From Thermosynechococcaceae cyanobacterium (GTDB lineage Bacteria > Cyanobacteriota > Cyanobacteriia > Leptolyngbyales > Leptolyngbyaceae): a stretch of DNA of 38,495 bases. The DNA is taken from NCBI GenBank assembly GCA_036703905.1, contig DATNQR010000718.1, forward strand, positions 1 to 38,495. Reading direction: 5' to 3'. This document shows, piece by piece, positions 17,212 through 25,931 of the stretch. The translations under genes and the position numbers were made by a program. The notes under the pieces are model-generated. The model had not been told where the DNA came from. It ran no database searches and saw only the letters and a list, made by a program, of their open reading frames with translations. Numbering within the stretch: the stretch's first letter is position 1; the number at the start of each line of letters is the position of its first letter.

Positions 17212-17661
17212 ATGAACTACTGGCTGATGAAATCTGAACCAGAGGCTTACAGCATCACAGATCTAGAGCGCGATCGCGAGACAATCTGGGATGGCGTTCG
17301 CAACTATCAAGCGCGAAATTATCTCAAGTCGATGCAGCCGGGAGACTTTGCCTTTTTCTATCATTCCAACACCGTGCCGCCTGCGATCGTGGGGCTGATG
17401 CAGATTGGCGACAATCTGGTTGACCCGACCCAATTTGACTCTAGCAGCAAATATTACGATGCCAAATCCACGCCTGAGGCTCCACGCTGGCACACTGTTC
17501 AGGTGGCGTTTGTGGAAAAGTTTTCTCAGGTGCTAACTCTGGAGCAACTGCGTCAGGAGTTTATCCCCGATGATCTGTGGGTAGTGCGGCAGGGCAACCG
17601 CTTGTCTGTGATGCCAGTGGCAGAGTCGATCGCCCAGCAGATTCTAAAGAAGGTGCGATAG
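17212..17661 (+). CDS. EVE (PUA-like) domain protein
   Basis: MNYWLMKSEPEAYSITDL...WDGVRNYQARNYL..MQPGDFAFFYHS matches the EVE/DUF55 family. Start at the ATG at 17212. Confidence 0.8.
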   Translation: MNYWLMKSEPEAYSITDLERDRETIWDGVRNYQARNYLKSMQPGDFAFFYHSNTVPPAIVGLMQIGDNLVDPTQFDSSSKYYDAKSTPEAPRWHTVQVAFVEKFSQVLTLEQLRQEFIPDDLWVVRQGNRLSVMPVAESIAQQILKKVR

Positions 17662-18753
17662 AGACGGTGAAGAGGGCGATGAATGTGCGGCAGACGGACT
17701 TCTAAGGGCGGTCAGCTTTTCTGCCAACTCCTTAATGTGCTGGGCAGAGCTATAGTGCTTCAGTGCCATTCTGTAGCCTCGCTCAGCCTGGGCTTGGGCA
17801 GCGGCGGGGTCACTCAACAATCGAACGATCGCCCGCCTCAAGTCCTCTGGATCGCCTGCCCTCACACCAGTCACGCAGCCTGCCTCGACCAGATCGGCAA
17901 TCAACCCTTCAGAGTAGGTGATCACTACAGGTTTGCAGCACGCCATCGCTTCCAGCAGAGTTGTGGTTCCTGCCGAGTACCTGTTTTCAAACAAGCTAAT
18001 CGCTACAACATCGGAATCCTGGTAAAGCTGGAGCAGATCAACCCAGTCGAAGAACCCGCAGTACATATTCTTTGGCATCACGGGCGGGAAGGTGCGGGCT
18101 GTGGCGGCGGCGTTGTTGGAGAAGGCGCAAACCTTGACATCCACATCCATGTTTTGGGTTGCTTCTGCCAGAGTGCGGTAGTCTCGCTTCTCCATACCGC
18201 CACTAACGATCAACGGACGAGCCTTGCGGCCACGATCGACCCCTGGCTTAAAAAAGTTCGTGTCGGTCTGATCCCGCACTAGATGCAGCAATGAATCTGA
18301 CAAACCCAAATACTGCTGCAAAAATTCGTATTGAGTGCGAATCGGAGTCAGCAGTAGATTATCGCGGTGGGCAATGTGGAACAGCTTGAGCGCCAGCCGA
18401 CCTCTGGGCCGATCGAGATTGGTGACGTACATTGCAACTTTGGGTCGATCGGGCTTGAAGGCACACAGGGCAGCTAGAGGGATTCCCACATCCTCGTTCA
18501 TGCAGAAGACGACATCTTCACAGGTGAGTTGGGCCGCAAGCGATCGAGCCAAGGCCCACTGAGCAGGCTGGCTGCTGATTTTGGATCGCATTCGATCCAG
18601 CGCATTGATGGGATCGGCTCCCGGTTGGTGAATCTGCGCGCCTAGTTTCTGGCTCAAACTCCAGATCACGTGATGTGGTCGCTGACCCGCTTGCGCTTCG
18701 CGGGCAATTCCCTCTAGATCGATCGGAGCGCTCAGAACAACGTGGTATCTCAC
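17644..18753 (-). CDS. GT-B fold glycosyltransferase (GT4/group-1-like)
   Basis: The C-terminal half has the group-1 GT pattern (LIVSGGMEKRDY..., FENRYSAGTTTLLEAMACCKPVV, DPEDLRRAIVRLLSD). The N-terminal half is divergent. The 3' end overlaps the convergent EVE gene by 18 nt. Confidence 0.65.
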   Translation of the reverse strand: MRYHVVLSAPIDLEGIAREAQAGQRPHHVIWSLSQKLGAQIHQPGADPINALDRMRSKISSQPAQWALARSLAAQLTCEDVVFCMNEDVGIPLAALCAFKPDRPKVAMYVTNLDRPRGRLALKLFHIAHRDNLLLTPIRTQYEFLQQYLGLSDSLLHLVRDQTDTNFFKPGVDRGRKARPLIVSGGMEKRDYRTLAEATQNMDVDVKVCAFSNNAAATARTFPPVMPKNMYCGFFDWVDLLQLYQDSDVVAISLFENRYSAGTTTLLEAMACCKPVVITYSEGLIADLVEAGCVTGVRAGDPEDLRRAIVRLLSDPAAAQAQAERGYRMALKHYSSAQHIKELAEKLTALRSPSAAHSSPSSPSLSHLL

Positions 18754-18808
18754 TGGAGTATTCTCCTTCGCTTTTTAAAGTATAGGAACTACAGGAACTA
18801 AAGTGGAC

Positions 18809-18841
18809 TGCGTCTGCATTGCGTCTGCGTCGCATCTGCAT
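18809..18841. repeat. 11-nt tandem repeat x3 (tgcgtctgcat / tgcgtctgcgt / cgcatctgcat)
   Basis: Read directly. It lies 56-88 nt upstream of the GT4-like start codon (18753, minus strand). Confidence 0.9.
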
Positions 18842-18931
18842 AGTGCTTCTGCCTCAACTGCACTCACTGAGCAGGTTGGTTGAACAGGTGACAGAGTGCC
18901 CAGGTCGATGCTGCGATCGAAAATTGTCTGA

Positions 18932-18976
18932 TTGATCCACAGTGATTAAACAGTTTGATCCACGGTGATTAAACAG
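18932..18976. repeat. 22/23-nt direct repeat x2 plus partial third copy
   Basis: ttgatccacagtgattaaacag (18932-18953) and tttgatccacggtgattaaacag (18954-18976), followed by ggattaaactgttcaaacag. Located in the 371-nt gap between the nucleotidyltransferase and GT4-like genes. Confidence 0.9.
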
Positions 18977-19124
18977 GGATTAAACTGTTCAAACAGGCTT
19001 CTAGACCTGAGATGTGGATGAAGTCGGGAAAAGGAAACCCTGCTTGTAAAGCAACCAGAAAATAGACAGGTGCAGCAGCGTAAGAAAATCAGGATTGCCT
19101 GAGAAGGGAAAAGTTGGTGGAGCT

Positions 19125-19925
19125 TTACCAGGTTGGCTCTCGAACTGCCCGCATCAAGTCTTCAGGAGTGCCGATATCAAGATAGGCTCCTTCGGGAAAA
19201 GCTTCGGCTTCCACTTTTAGGCCTTTCTCGATCGCCGCCTGAATCACGTCTCCAATGGGAACTTCAGGATAGGCAACATTTGGATCACGATCGCGCTCCA
19301 AGTCTGCCAGATAGATGTGGAGAAACTGAGTGAAAGCAGGAGTCCAGACGGCAACGCCCCACATATACCGAAGATGGGTCGTTTTTGGTTTCTCAACAAT
19401 CCACAGAACTCGCCCCGTTTCATCAAAATCCACCATGCCAACTTTGTAGGGTTGATTGGAGGGGAACGCACCCAATACAACGTCCGCTTGGTTTCGGGAT
19501 TGACGATCGAGTAGCCGAACGAACACTTCTTCAGGTTGCAGCAGCAGATCAGGGAACCCCATTGCGACGATCGCGTCTTTGACAAACGGATATGCCTGAT
19601 CCAGGGTGTAGGGCACGCCGTAGGGTCGGCCCATCATCAGGTAGCCCAGGGACATTCCTAGTGCCGAGCCATCGCCAAAGTAAGCGGGAATGTCCCATTT
19701 ACCAGAGCGAAGGATAATGTAGGTTTTGGTGATGCCTGCCCGCCGCAGTCTTTCAAGTAGGTACTGCCCCACAACCTTGGGACGGAGATTGCCGCAATCA
19801 TCAATTGACTGAAAGCCGATCGGGTATAGCTCTTTGCTTAGGGGAAGGGGAGAGATGCGGGTTGCCTGACCTGCGGCGGGGATCAGCGCAACGACTTCAG
19901 GAGGTTTTTGGTCTGAAGGAGTCAT
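19125..19925 (-). CDS. Sugar-phosphate nucleotidyltransferase (RmlA/NTP_transferase-like)
   Basis: The N-terminal VALIPAAGQATRISPLPLSKELYPIG matches the G-x-G-x-R...K nucleotidyltransferase signature. Size (266 aa) is typical. Confidence 0.75.
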   Translation of the reverse strand: MTPSDQKPPEVVALIPAAGQATRISPLPLSKELYPIGFQSIDDCGNLRPKVVGQYLLERLRRAGITKTYIILRSGKWDIPAYFGDGSALGMSLGYLMMGRPYGVPYTLDQAYPFVKDAIVAMGFPDLLLQPEEVFVRLLDRQSRNQADVVLGAFPSNQPYKVGMVDFDETGRVLWIVEKPKTTHLRYMWGVAVWTPAFTQFLHIYLADLERDRDPNVAYPEVPIGDVIQAAIEKGLKVEAEAFPEGAYLDIGTPEDLMRAVREPTW

Positions 19926-20095
19926 TGGTTTCGTGAGAATAGTGGAGCAGCCTCTGGATGAAATCGAAAATTCCAGGGCAGATGAAGGACAGGGAACAGA
20001 ACACTCAGGGGTGCTGCCGAGGTTGTCTACTTAATTGCTTGCTGCTGAGATGCTCCGACCTATGCAGGCTTCGATGCAGTGGATCGGAGCAGCGC

Positions 20096-21406
20096 TCAAG
20101 CCGTGACCAGCGGTTTTGCGGCCGCAAAGTAGGCATTTTGCTCGGCTCGAAGCTTGTCCCCTAATCGACCCTCCGGCACTTCCACATCGCTGTAGGCGAT
20201 CGCCCCGTCTTTGGGAATGTCGCGCTTGAGGCGGCAACCTTCGGCCAGCCCGATCGGCAGCAGGTTTTCTGCCTGGGTGACATCGGAGTTCTCACACAAG
20301 CCGTAGGTCATGAAGCCGCCAATCTCGTCGATCGTTTCTCCGGCTTTGAGGTCGCGTTTGGCGATCGTCACCACGTCCACGACCTGCCCCGCTAACGGAG
20401 CCAACACCACATCCCCCAACAGCACCACGCGGGCAATGGAGATGGGAACCTCAAAGTAGCAGAGGTGGTAAGGCACATAGAAACTGTAGAGCGGCCCTTC
20501 GCCCATCTTCAGCAAGTGGAGATATTTGCGGTGTTTGGGGTCGTCGATCGTGCCAAAAACGTAAACCCCTGGCCCGGGTTGTGAGCCGAGAGCGTAATCC
20601 ACAATGCCACCGAGGGACTTGAGTTGCTCAATGTCGTAGAGTCCGGTCATCTGATCCACATGACCGGGGTGGTTGTAACCCAGCAATCCCCGCTTGGCAG
20701 CTTTCATGCCCGTGCCGTTGGCGACGATCGCCTGCTCAAACATCACTTTTGTGCCATCGGCAAAGTGAGTCGCCATCTGCACTGACAAGCCCCACTGGTG
20801 AGCGAAGGGAGCTTGGGTTTCGGGAGTGCGGTAAGGGTCGAGCAGTCCTTTGATGTTGCCGCAAACTAGAGGTGTGAGACCGATGCTTTTGACAAAGCGG
20901 TAGAGGTTCATCTGCACGCCGGGCTGGTCGCCATCACAAGCGCTGAGAATAACCCCGGCGCGATCGGCATAAACTTTGAGGATTGGCCCCAGTGTGCCGT
21001 CCAGTTCCGCGTTCATCAAAATCACATGCTTATGGTGATTGATTGCTTCCAGCACCACTTTGGCGGCATAGTCGATCGTCCCGGTCACTTCGACGATCGC
21101 TTCGATGCCGTCTGCTTGAGCCACTAGGAGGGGATCATCGGTAATGGCGTACTGGTTCTGGGCAATCGCGTCTTCCAGTTGGGTCACAGTTTGCACTTCC
21201 CGAATTTCCTCCACACCTGCTTCGGTGTAGGCACGGTGGGCATTTGCCAACGTGCGGTTGGCGATCGCCACCACTTCCATACCTGGAATTCCGTTCAAGA
21301 TGGTATTGGTCATGCCGCGGCCCATTGCGCCCGCACCGACGATCGCCACCCGGACTGGGTTGCCTGCTTCTTGGCGCTTCTGAAGCGCAGTATCCACCAT
21401 AATCAT
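20096..21406 (-). CDS. NAD(P)-binding oxidoreductase with C-terminal SAF-like domain (homoserine-dehydrogenase-like, function unknown)
   Basis: Rossmann motif VRVAIVGAGAMGRGM. Overall layout is as recalled for the 'predicted homoserine dehydrogenase with SAF domain' group. The start overlaps the upstream stop in an ATGA at 21403-21406. Confidence 0.6.
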   Translation of the reverse strand: MIMVDTALQKRQEAGNPVRVAIVGAGAMGRGMTNTILNGIPGMEVVAIANRTLANAHRAYTEAGVEEIREVQTVTQLEDAIAQNQYAITDDPLLVAQADGIEAIVEVTGTIDYAAKVVLEAINHHKHVILMNAELDGTLGPILKVYADRAGVILSACDGDQPGVQMNLYRFVKSIGLTPLVCGNIKGLLDPYRTPETQAPFAHQWGLSVQMATHFADGTKVMFEQAIVANGTGMKAAKRGLLGYNHPGHVDQMTGLYDIEQLKSLGGIVDYALGSQPGPGVYVFGTIDDPKHRKYLHLLKMGEGPLYSFYVPYHLCYFEVPISIARVVLLGDVVLAPLAGQVVDVVTIAKRDLKAGETIDEIGGFMTYGLCENSDVTQAENLLPIGLAEGCRLKRDIPKDGAIAYSDVEVPEGRLGDKLRAEQNAYFAAAKPLVTA

Positions 21407-21969
21407 GCGACGACCTCTCGTTTAACTGTGTTTGACAAATCTGTGTTCAACAAATCCCAAGCCTGATCTTTCTCAGAAATCTCGGTGACTTCTAGCGGCC
21501 AGTTAATGCCCAGGACTGGATCGTTGTAGCGTAAGCCGCGTTCGCCACCCGGTCTATAGCTTTCTCCGACTTGCAGCAGGATTTCTACGCGATCGGTCAG
21601 AGTTTGGTAGCCGTGGGCAAACAGGGGCGGAATGTAGAGCGATCGACGGTTTTCAGCGCTGAGTTCGATCGAAATGTGCTGGAGATAGGTAGGCGACTCT
21701 GGACGCATATCTACAACGATGTCCTGAACAGCCCCACTGATGCAGCGCATCAGCTTACTTTCGCAACTGGGAACCGCCTGATAGTGCAGTCCCCGTAGAG
21801 TTCCGCGCTGGTGGGTGAAGGCCAAGCTGCACTGGGCTACGGTGGGCAACAAGCCCTGGGCGGCGAATTCTTCCACGCAGAACGATCGAGCAAAAAACCC
21901 GCGATGGTCGTGCCGTTCCTCTAGATCCAGAATGAATGCACCTTTGAGTTTAGTTTCGGTGAATTTCAT
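21403..21969 (-). CDS. dTDP-4-dehydrorhamnose 3,5-epimerase family (RmlC-like cupin)
   Basis: MKFTETKLKGAFILDLEERHDHRGFFARSF...LRGLHYQ...LYIPPLFAHGYQTL is the RmlC pattern. The ATG at 21969 forms an ATGA overlap with the upstream stop (21966-21969). Confidence 0.8.
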   Translation of the reverse strand: MKFTETKLKGAFILDLEERHDHRGFFARSFCVEEFAAQGLLPTVAQCSLAFTHQRGTLRGLHYQAVPSCESKLMRCISGAVQDIVVDMRPESPTYLQHISIELSAENRRSLYIPPLFAHGYQTLTDRVEILLQVGESYRPGGERGLRYNDPVLGINWPLEVTEISEKDQAWDLLNTDLSNTVKREVVA

Positions 21970-22994
21970 AGCGTTTTCCAATAGAAATCTCGATCGATCT
22001 GCTGAGTACGAATCAGGTACTCCAGTTGCTTCAGGCGAGTGAAACCCCGGAACTTGTAGGTGTACTCGTCCAGATCAATTTGGGAGAACACATCGAAAAG
22101 CTGCTGTGCGCCCTGTTTAGCGTTCCAGTCGCACTTGAAGCCGGGGAGGAATTGATTGATCTTGTCAAAACTGACGCGGTAGTTGCGATTGTCTGGGCTT
22201 TCAGTCCCAAAGCTGACGTGGCAATCGGTGAAAACGGCGGCGATCGCCTCTGCAATGTCTTTCACCTGATAATTGTTGCCGTTGTCGCCCACATTGAAGA
22301 TCTGGTTGTGTACTATCTCGCGAGGTGCGTCCAGGGTACAAAGGATAGCTTTGCAAACGTCCAGGACGTGAACCAGGGGCCGCCAGGGTGTACCGTCACT
22401 GGTGAGCTTGATTTCCTTTGTCGTCCAGGCCAGACCCGCTAGAGTGTTCAGCACAATGTCAAATCGCAGGCGGGGCGAAGCGCCGAATACACTGGAGTTG
22501 CGGAGAAAAGTAGGCGAGAAGCCATCATCGGCGATCGACTGCACATCCCGTTCCACCAGAACTTTACAGTCTGCGTAGGCCGTTTGCGGGTTCACTGGGT
22601 CTGATTCTGTCAGTGCGCCCTCAGTTGAAACTCCGTAGACGCTACAGGACGACATATAGATGAACCGTCGCGCCCCGGCAGCCTTTGCCAAGCCGGCGAT
22701 GTGCAGCGAACCTTTGTGGTTGATGTCGTAGGTAATGTTGGGCGCAAGCTGGCCGGCGGGATCGTTGGATAACTCTGCCATGTGGACGACGGCTTCCACG
22801 CCCTCGAAGTCTTCGGCGGTGAGGTGTCGCAGATCTTTGTTCAGGGTTTTGGGCGTGAAGTTTGTACCGTTGTAGAGCCAGCCAACTTTGTAGAAGCCTG
22901 TGTCTACACCGAGGACTTCGTGACCCTGCTGCATCAGAAGTGGGGCGAGGACAGAGCCGATGTAGCCTTCAGTTCCAGTAACGAGAATTTTCAT
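21966..22994 (-). CDS. NAD-dependent epimerase/dehydratase (extended SDR)
   Basis: MKILVTGTEGYIGS (TGxxGxxG) and a catalytic YADCK (YxxxK). 342 aa. The start forms an ATGA overlap with the lhgO stop (22991-22994). Confidence 0.8.
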   Translation of the reverse strand: MKILVTGTEGYIGSVLAPLLMQQGHEVLGVDTGFYKVGWLYNGTNFTPKTLNKDLRHLTAEDFEGVEAVVHMAELSNDPAGQLAPNITYDINHKGSLHIAGLAKAAGARRFIYMSSCSVYGVSTEGALTESDPVNPQTAYADCKVLVERDVQSIADDGFSPTFLRNSSVFGASPRLRFDIVLNTLAGLAWTTKEIKLTSDGTPWRPLVHVLDVCKAILCTLDAPREIVHNQIFNVGDNGNNYQVKDIAEAIAAVFTDCHVSFGTESPDNRNYRVSFDKINQFLPGFKCDWNAKQGAQQLFDVFSQIDLDEYTYKFRGFTRLKQLEYLIRTQQIDRDFYWKTL

Positions 22995-24217
22995 GAGTAG
23001 GTAGATGACGAGGTGGCAAGGTCGGAGGAAAGACGATCGCCCACATGGGCCGCGATCGCTCGGCCAATCTCTAGAGAAGAAGTGGCGGCGGGGGAAGGAG
23101 CATTGCAGACATGAACTGAGCGATCGTCTTGGATAATCAAGAAATCATCCACTAACCGACCATCGTTCCTTAATGCCTGCGCCCGGACTCCTGCATGGGT
23201 GGGAATCAGATCATCTGCCTGAACTTCTGGGATCAAAGCTTGCAGGCTGCGGACGAAGGCGGTCTTGCTGACCGATCGCACCATTTCTCGCAAGCCTTCA
23301 TCGGCGTGTTTGGCAGCTAGTTTCCAGAAACCGGGAAAAGTCATGACCTCAACGAAGTCTCTTAGGTCAAAATCGGTTTTCTTGTAGCCTTCTCGCTTCA
23401 AACTAAGGACGGCATTGGGCCCAGCGTGGACGCTGCGATCGATCATGCGAGTAAAATGAACCCCCAAAAACGGAAAGTTTGGGTTAGGGACGGGGTATAT
23501 CAAGTGCTTCACAAGATATCGCTTTTCGGGTTTCAATTCGTAGTATTCCCCTCGAAAAGGTACAATTCTCGCCTGCGGGTCAACTCTTCCTAATTTGGCA
23601 ATTCGGTCACTTTGCAAACCACCACAGTTCACTACAAACCGAGTCTTAAAGATTCTCTGAGTTGTCTCCAGTACTTGAGTACGATCACGGTTTACAATCT
23701 GCGTCACCTGAGTGTTGAGATGTAGTTCGCCTCCTTGCAGGCTTATTAGTTCAGCGTATTTTTGAGCTACTTGTTTATAGTTCGCAATTCCCGTCGAAGA
23801 AACTCGAATTCCAGCTAGACATCGAACGTGAGGTTCAATTTCCCCAACTTGTTCGGCAGTGAGACGATCGACCGACAGGCCATTCTGTAAACCACGCTGA
23901 TACAAGTTCTCCAGCAGAGGTAGTTCTTCCGATCGTACTGCCACAATTACTTTGCCACAGACTTCATGCTCAATTCCGTGGGTCTGACAAAATTGCACCA
24001 TTGAATCCCGTCCAGCCCGGCAAAGTTCTGCTTTGAAACTACCTGGCTTGTAGTAAATACCTGAATGAATCACCCCACTGTTGTGGCCAGTTTGATGAAA
24101 CGCCCAGGTAGATTCTTTCTCCAAAACAGCAAGCTTAGCTCGGGGATGCTGTTGTCCTAGGGATAAAGCAGTAGAAAGCCCAACAATGCCGCCACCCACA
24201 ATCACAAAATCGTACAT
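22991..24217 (-). CDS. lhgO: L-2-hydroxyglutarate oxidase-like FAD-dependent oxidoreductase
   Basis: MYDFVIVGGGIVGLSTA, HQTGHNSGVIHSGIYYKPGS, PFRGEYY, HLIYPVPNPNFPFLGVHFTRMIDRSVHAGPNAVL and CNAPSPAATSSL. These are co-linear with my recollection of E. coli LhgO/YgaF over the full length. Confidence 0.8.
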   Translation of the reverse strand: MYDFVIVGGGIVGLSTALSLGQQHPRAKLAVLEKESTWAFHQTGHNSGVIHSGIYYKPGSFKAELCRAGRDSMVQFCQTHGIEHEVCGKVIVAVRSEELPLLENLYQRGLQNGLSVDRLTAEQVGEIEPHVRCLAGIRVSSTGIANYKQVAQKYAELISLQGGELHLNTQVTQIVNRDRTQVLETTQRIFKTRFVVNCGGLQSDRIAKLGRVDPQARIVPFRGEYYELKPEKRYLVKHLIYPVPNPNFPFLGVHFTRMIDRSVHAGPNAVLSLKREGYKKTDFDLRDFVEVMTFPGFWKLAAKHADEGLREMVRSVSKTAFVRSLQALIPEVQADDLIPTHAGVRAQALRNDGRLVDDFLIIQDDRSVHVCNAPSPAATSSLEIGRAIAAHVGDRLSSDLATSSSTYS

Positions 24218-24648
24218 ACAATCAACAGGTAGATTCTCTCAATTGCACTTACTGAAACCAAGTAATCTCACATATACAATTGTCTGTATAAATTGTGCAA
24301 GCGAGATTGGCAAAAAGTAGTAAAGAATTTCTCAAAAACACTCTAAGAAAAGCTACGCTCACTCAGACTAAGGAGTATCTAAAGTGAAGAAACCTTTCAG
24401 TAGTCTCTAGCAGAGATGTATCCTTACCTCACCATAATAGTTTTATTGGATACAATTCACAGTAAAGGAATGGTGAGTATTCAGAAAAATTTGTGAAGAA
24501 GATAAGAAGCTTTTTCTCAGCCTCACTAATCTCTTTATGTTGCTAACAAGTTACGATCGTTATGACTTCAGTAAAATCCACTGAACTGTTAATACTCGTC
24601 TTGCTGCAAGCTTTTAACCTGCTGCCTCTAAACCATGACTGAGGAATC

Positions 24649-25092
24649 ATGACTGAGCCAACTACCCTAACCCACCGCGTCCTTGAGCCAACCCACCAAC
24701 CGATTAGCTTTACTCTCTCCCTCACCTCAGAGGAGCGAACACGATCTCGCCACCGTTTTGAAACCCGCGCAGGACAGGTAGTGTTCCTCCAACTTCCCAG
24801 GGGAACCGTATTGCGGGATGGCGACGTGCTGCAATCCGAGACGGGGCAGTTTATTCGCATTGTCGCCGAACCTGAACCCGTGCTGACTGTGCAGACCGAA
24901 ACACCTCTAGCACTGCTCCAAGCGGCTTACCATTTAGGCAACCGCCACGTTCCTTTAGAAATTGCGCCGACCTATCTACGACTTTTACCCGACTCCGTGC
25001 TGCGGGATCTACTGGAGCACCGGGGCTTACGGGTGGTGGAAGAAGTGCAGCCGTTCCAACCGGAGCTTGGGGCTTACGGGCATGGGCACTAG
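24649..25092 (+). CDS. ureE: Urease accessory protein UreE
   Basis: [42 protein letters not shown] and a C-terminal His-containing tail GHGH. Confidence 0.9.
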   Translation: MTEPTTLTHRVLEPTHQPISFTLSLTSEERTRSRHRFETRAGQVVFLQLPRGTVLRDGDVLQSETGQFIRIVAEPEPVLTVQTETPLALLQAAYHLGNRHVPLEIAPTYLRLLPDSVLRDLLEHRGLRVVEEVQPFQPELGAYGHGH

Positions 25093-25100
25093 GTAGCGTT

Positions 25101-25769
25101 ATGAACTCCTCTGATTTACTCAAATTGCTTCAGTTATCCAGCCCAGGTTTGCCTGTGGGAGCCTACAGCTACTCAGAAGGACTGGAGTTTCTGGTGGAGG
25201 CGGAGCAACTCACTGATGCTGCGGAGCTGACCCAGTGGCTGACCCAGGAGTTGCGCTATGGAGCAATTCGGCTGGAGGCGGCGGTGATGGTACGGAGCTA
25301 TGGAGCCAGTCAAGCCCAGGACTTCGATCGTCTCTCTCAATGGAACCACTGGCTCTCGGCGGCCCGGGAAACCGAGGAACTGCGATCGCAAAGCTGGCAG
25401 ATGGGGCGATCGCTCCTGCGGCTGTTCCAGGATCTCACGCCCAATTCTCTCGCAGCTGGACTGGAGAAGGAATGCAATTTCGCGATCGCCTTTGGCCTCG
25501 TTGCTTCTGCCTGGGAAATTGATCTTAATTCAGCAACGATCGGCTACCTGCACAGTTGGGCCATCAATCTGATTAACGCTGGGATCAAGCTAATTCCGCT
25601 AGGGCAAACTGCGGGCCAGAAATTGTTACTGCAACTCCAGCCCGTTCTGGAACAAGCCGCCCAGGAAATCCTAGCGCTGCCAGATGACAACTTGGATAGC
25701 TGCGGCTGGGGGCTGGCGCTGGCCAGCATGGCCCACGAAACCCAGTACAGTCGCCTGTTTCGGAGTTAG
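25101..25769 (+). CDS. ureF: Urease accessory protein UreF
   Basis: [21 protein letters not shown] is the conserved UreF N-terminal motif. It starts 8 nt after ureE. Confidence 0.9.
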   Translation: MNSSDLLKLLQLSSPGLPVGAYSYSEGLEFLVEAEQLTDAAELTQWLTQELRYGAIRLEAAVMVRSYGASQAQDFDRLSQWNHWLSAARETEELRSQSWQMGRSLLRLFQDLTPNSLAAGLEKECNFAIAFGLVASAWEIDLNSATIGYLHSWAINLINAGIKLIPLGQTAGQKLLLQLQPVLEQAAQEILALPDDNLDSCGWGLALASMAHETQYSRLFRS

Positions 25770-25900
25770 CGATCGTCCCACGCTGGCTAGATTGTGCTGA
25801 CATTCTGGGTCGAAATGGGAGTGCAGAGAGGGTTGCCCCTGTTGAGGGCAATGCCTTTAAACTCCCTTATCGCCTTCATCTTGATTTAGAAGTCAACAGA

Positions 25901-25931
25901 ACTTAGTAAGGCCGCAACTTAGTAAGGCCGC
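25901..25931. repeat. 16-nt-period tandem duplication of the 3' end of the CAP gene
   Basis: acttagtaaggccgc occurs at 25901-25915 and again at 25917-25931. The second copy contains the real stop and last codons (QRPY*) of the CAP-domain gene. Confidence 0.9.

Noticed and set aside
24218-24648. NtcA-type sites (GTA-N8-TAC) and small ORFs (for example 26-aa MYPYLTIIVLLDTIHSKGMVSIQKNL, 15-aa MLLTSYDRYDFSKIH) in the AT-rich lhgO/ureE spacer.
   Set aside because: Only off-spacing or degenerate matches are present (GTA-N10-TAC, GTT-N8-TAT). The mini-ORFs lack Shine-Dalgarno sequences and any recognisable family.
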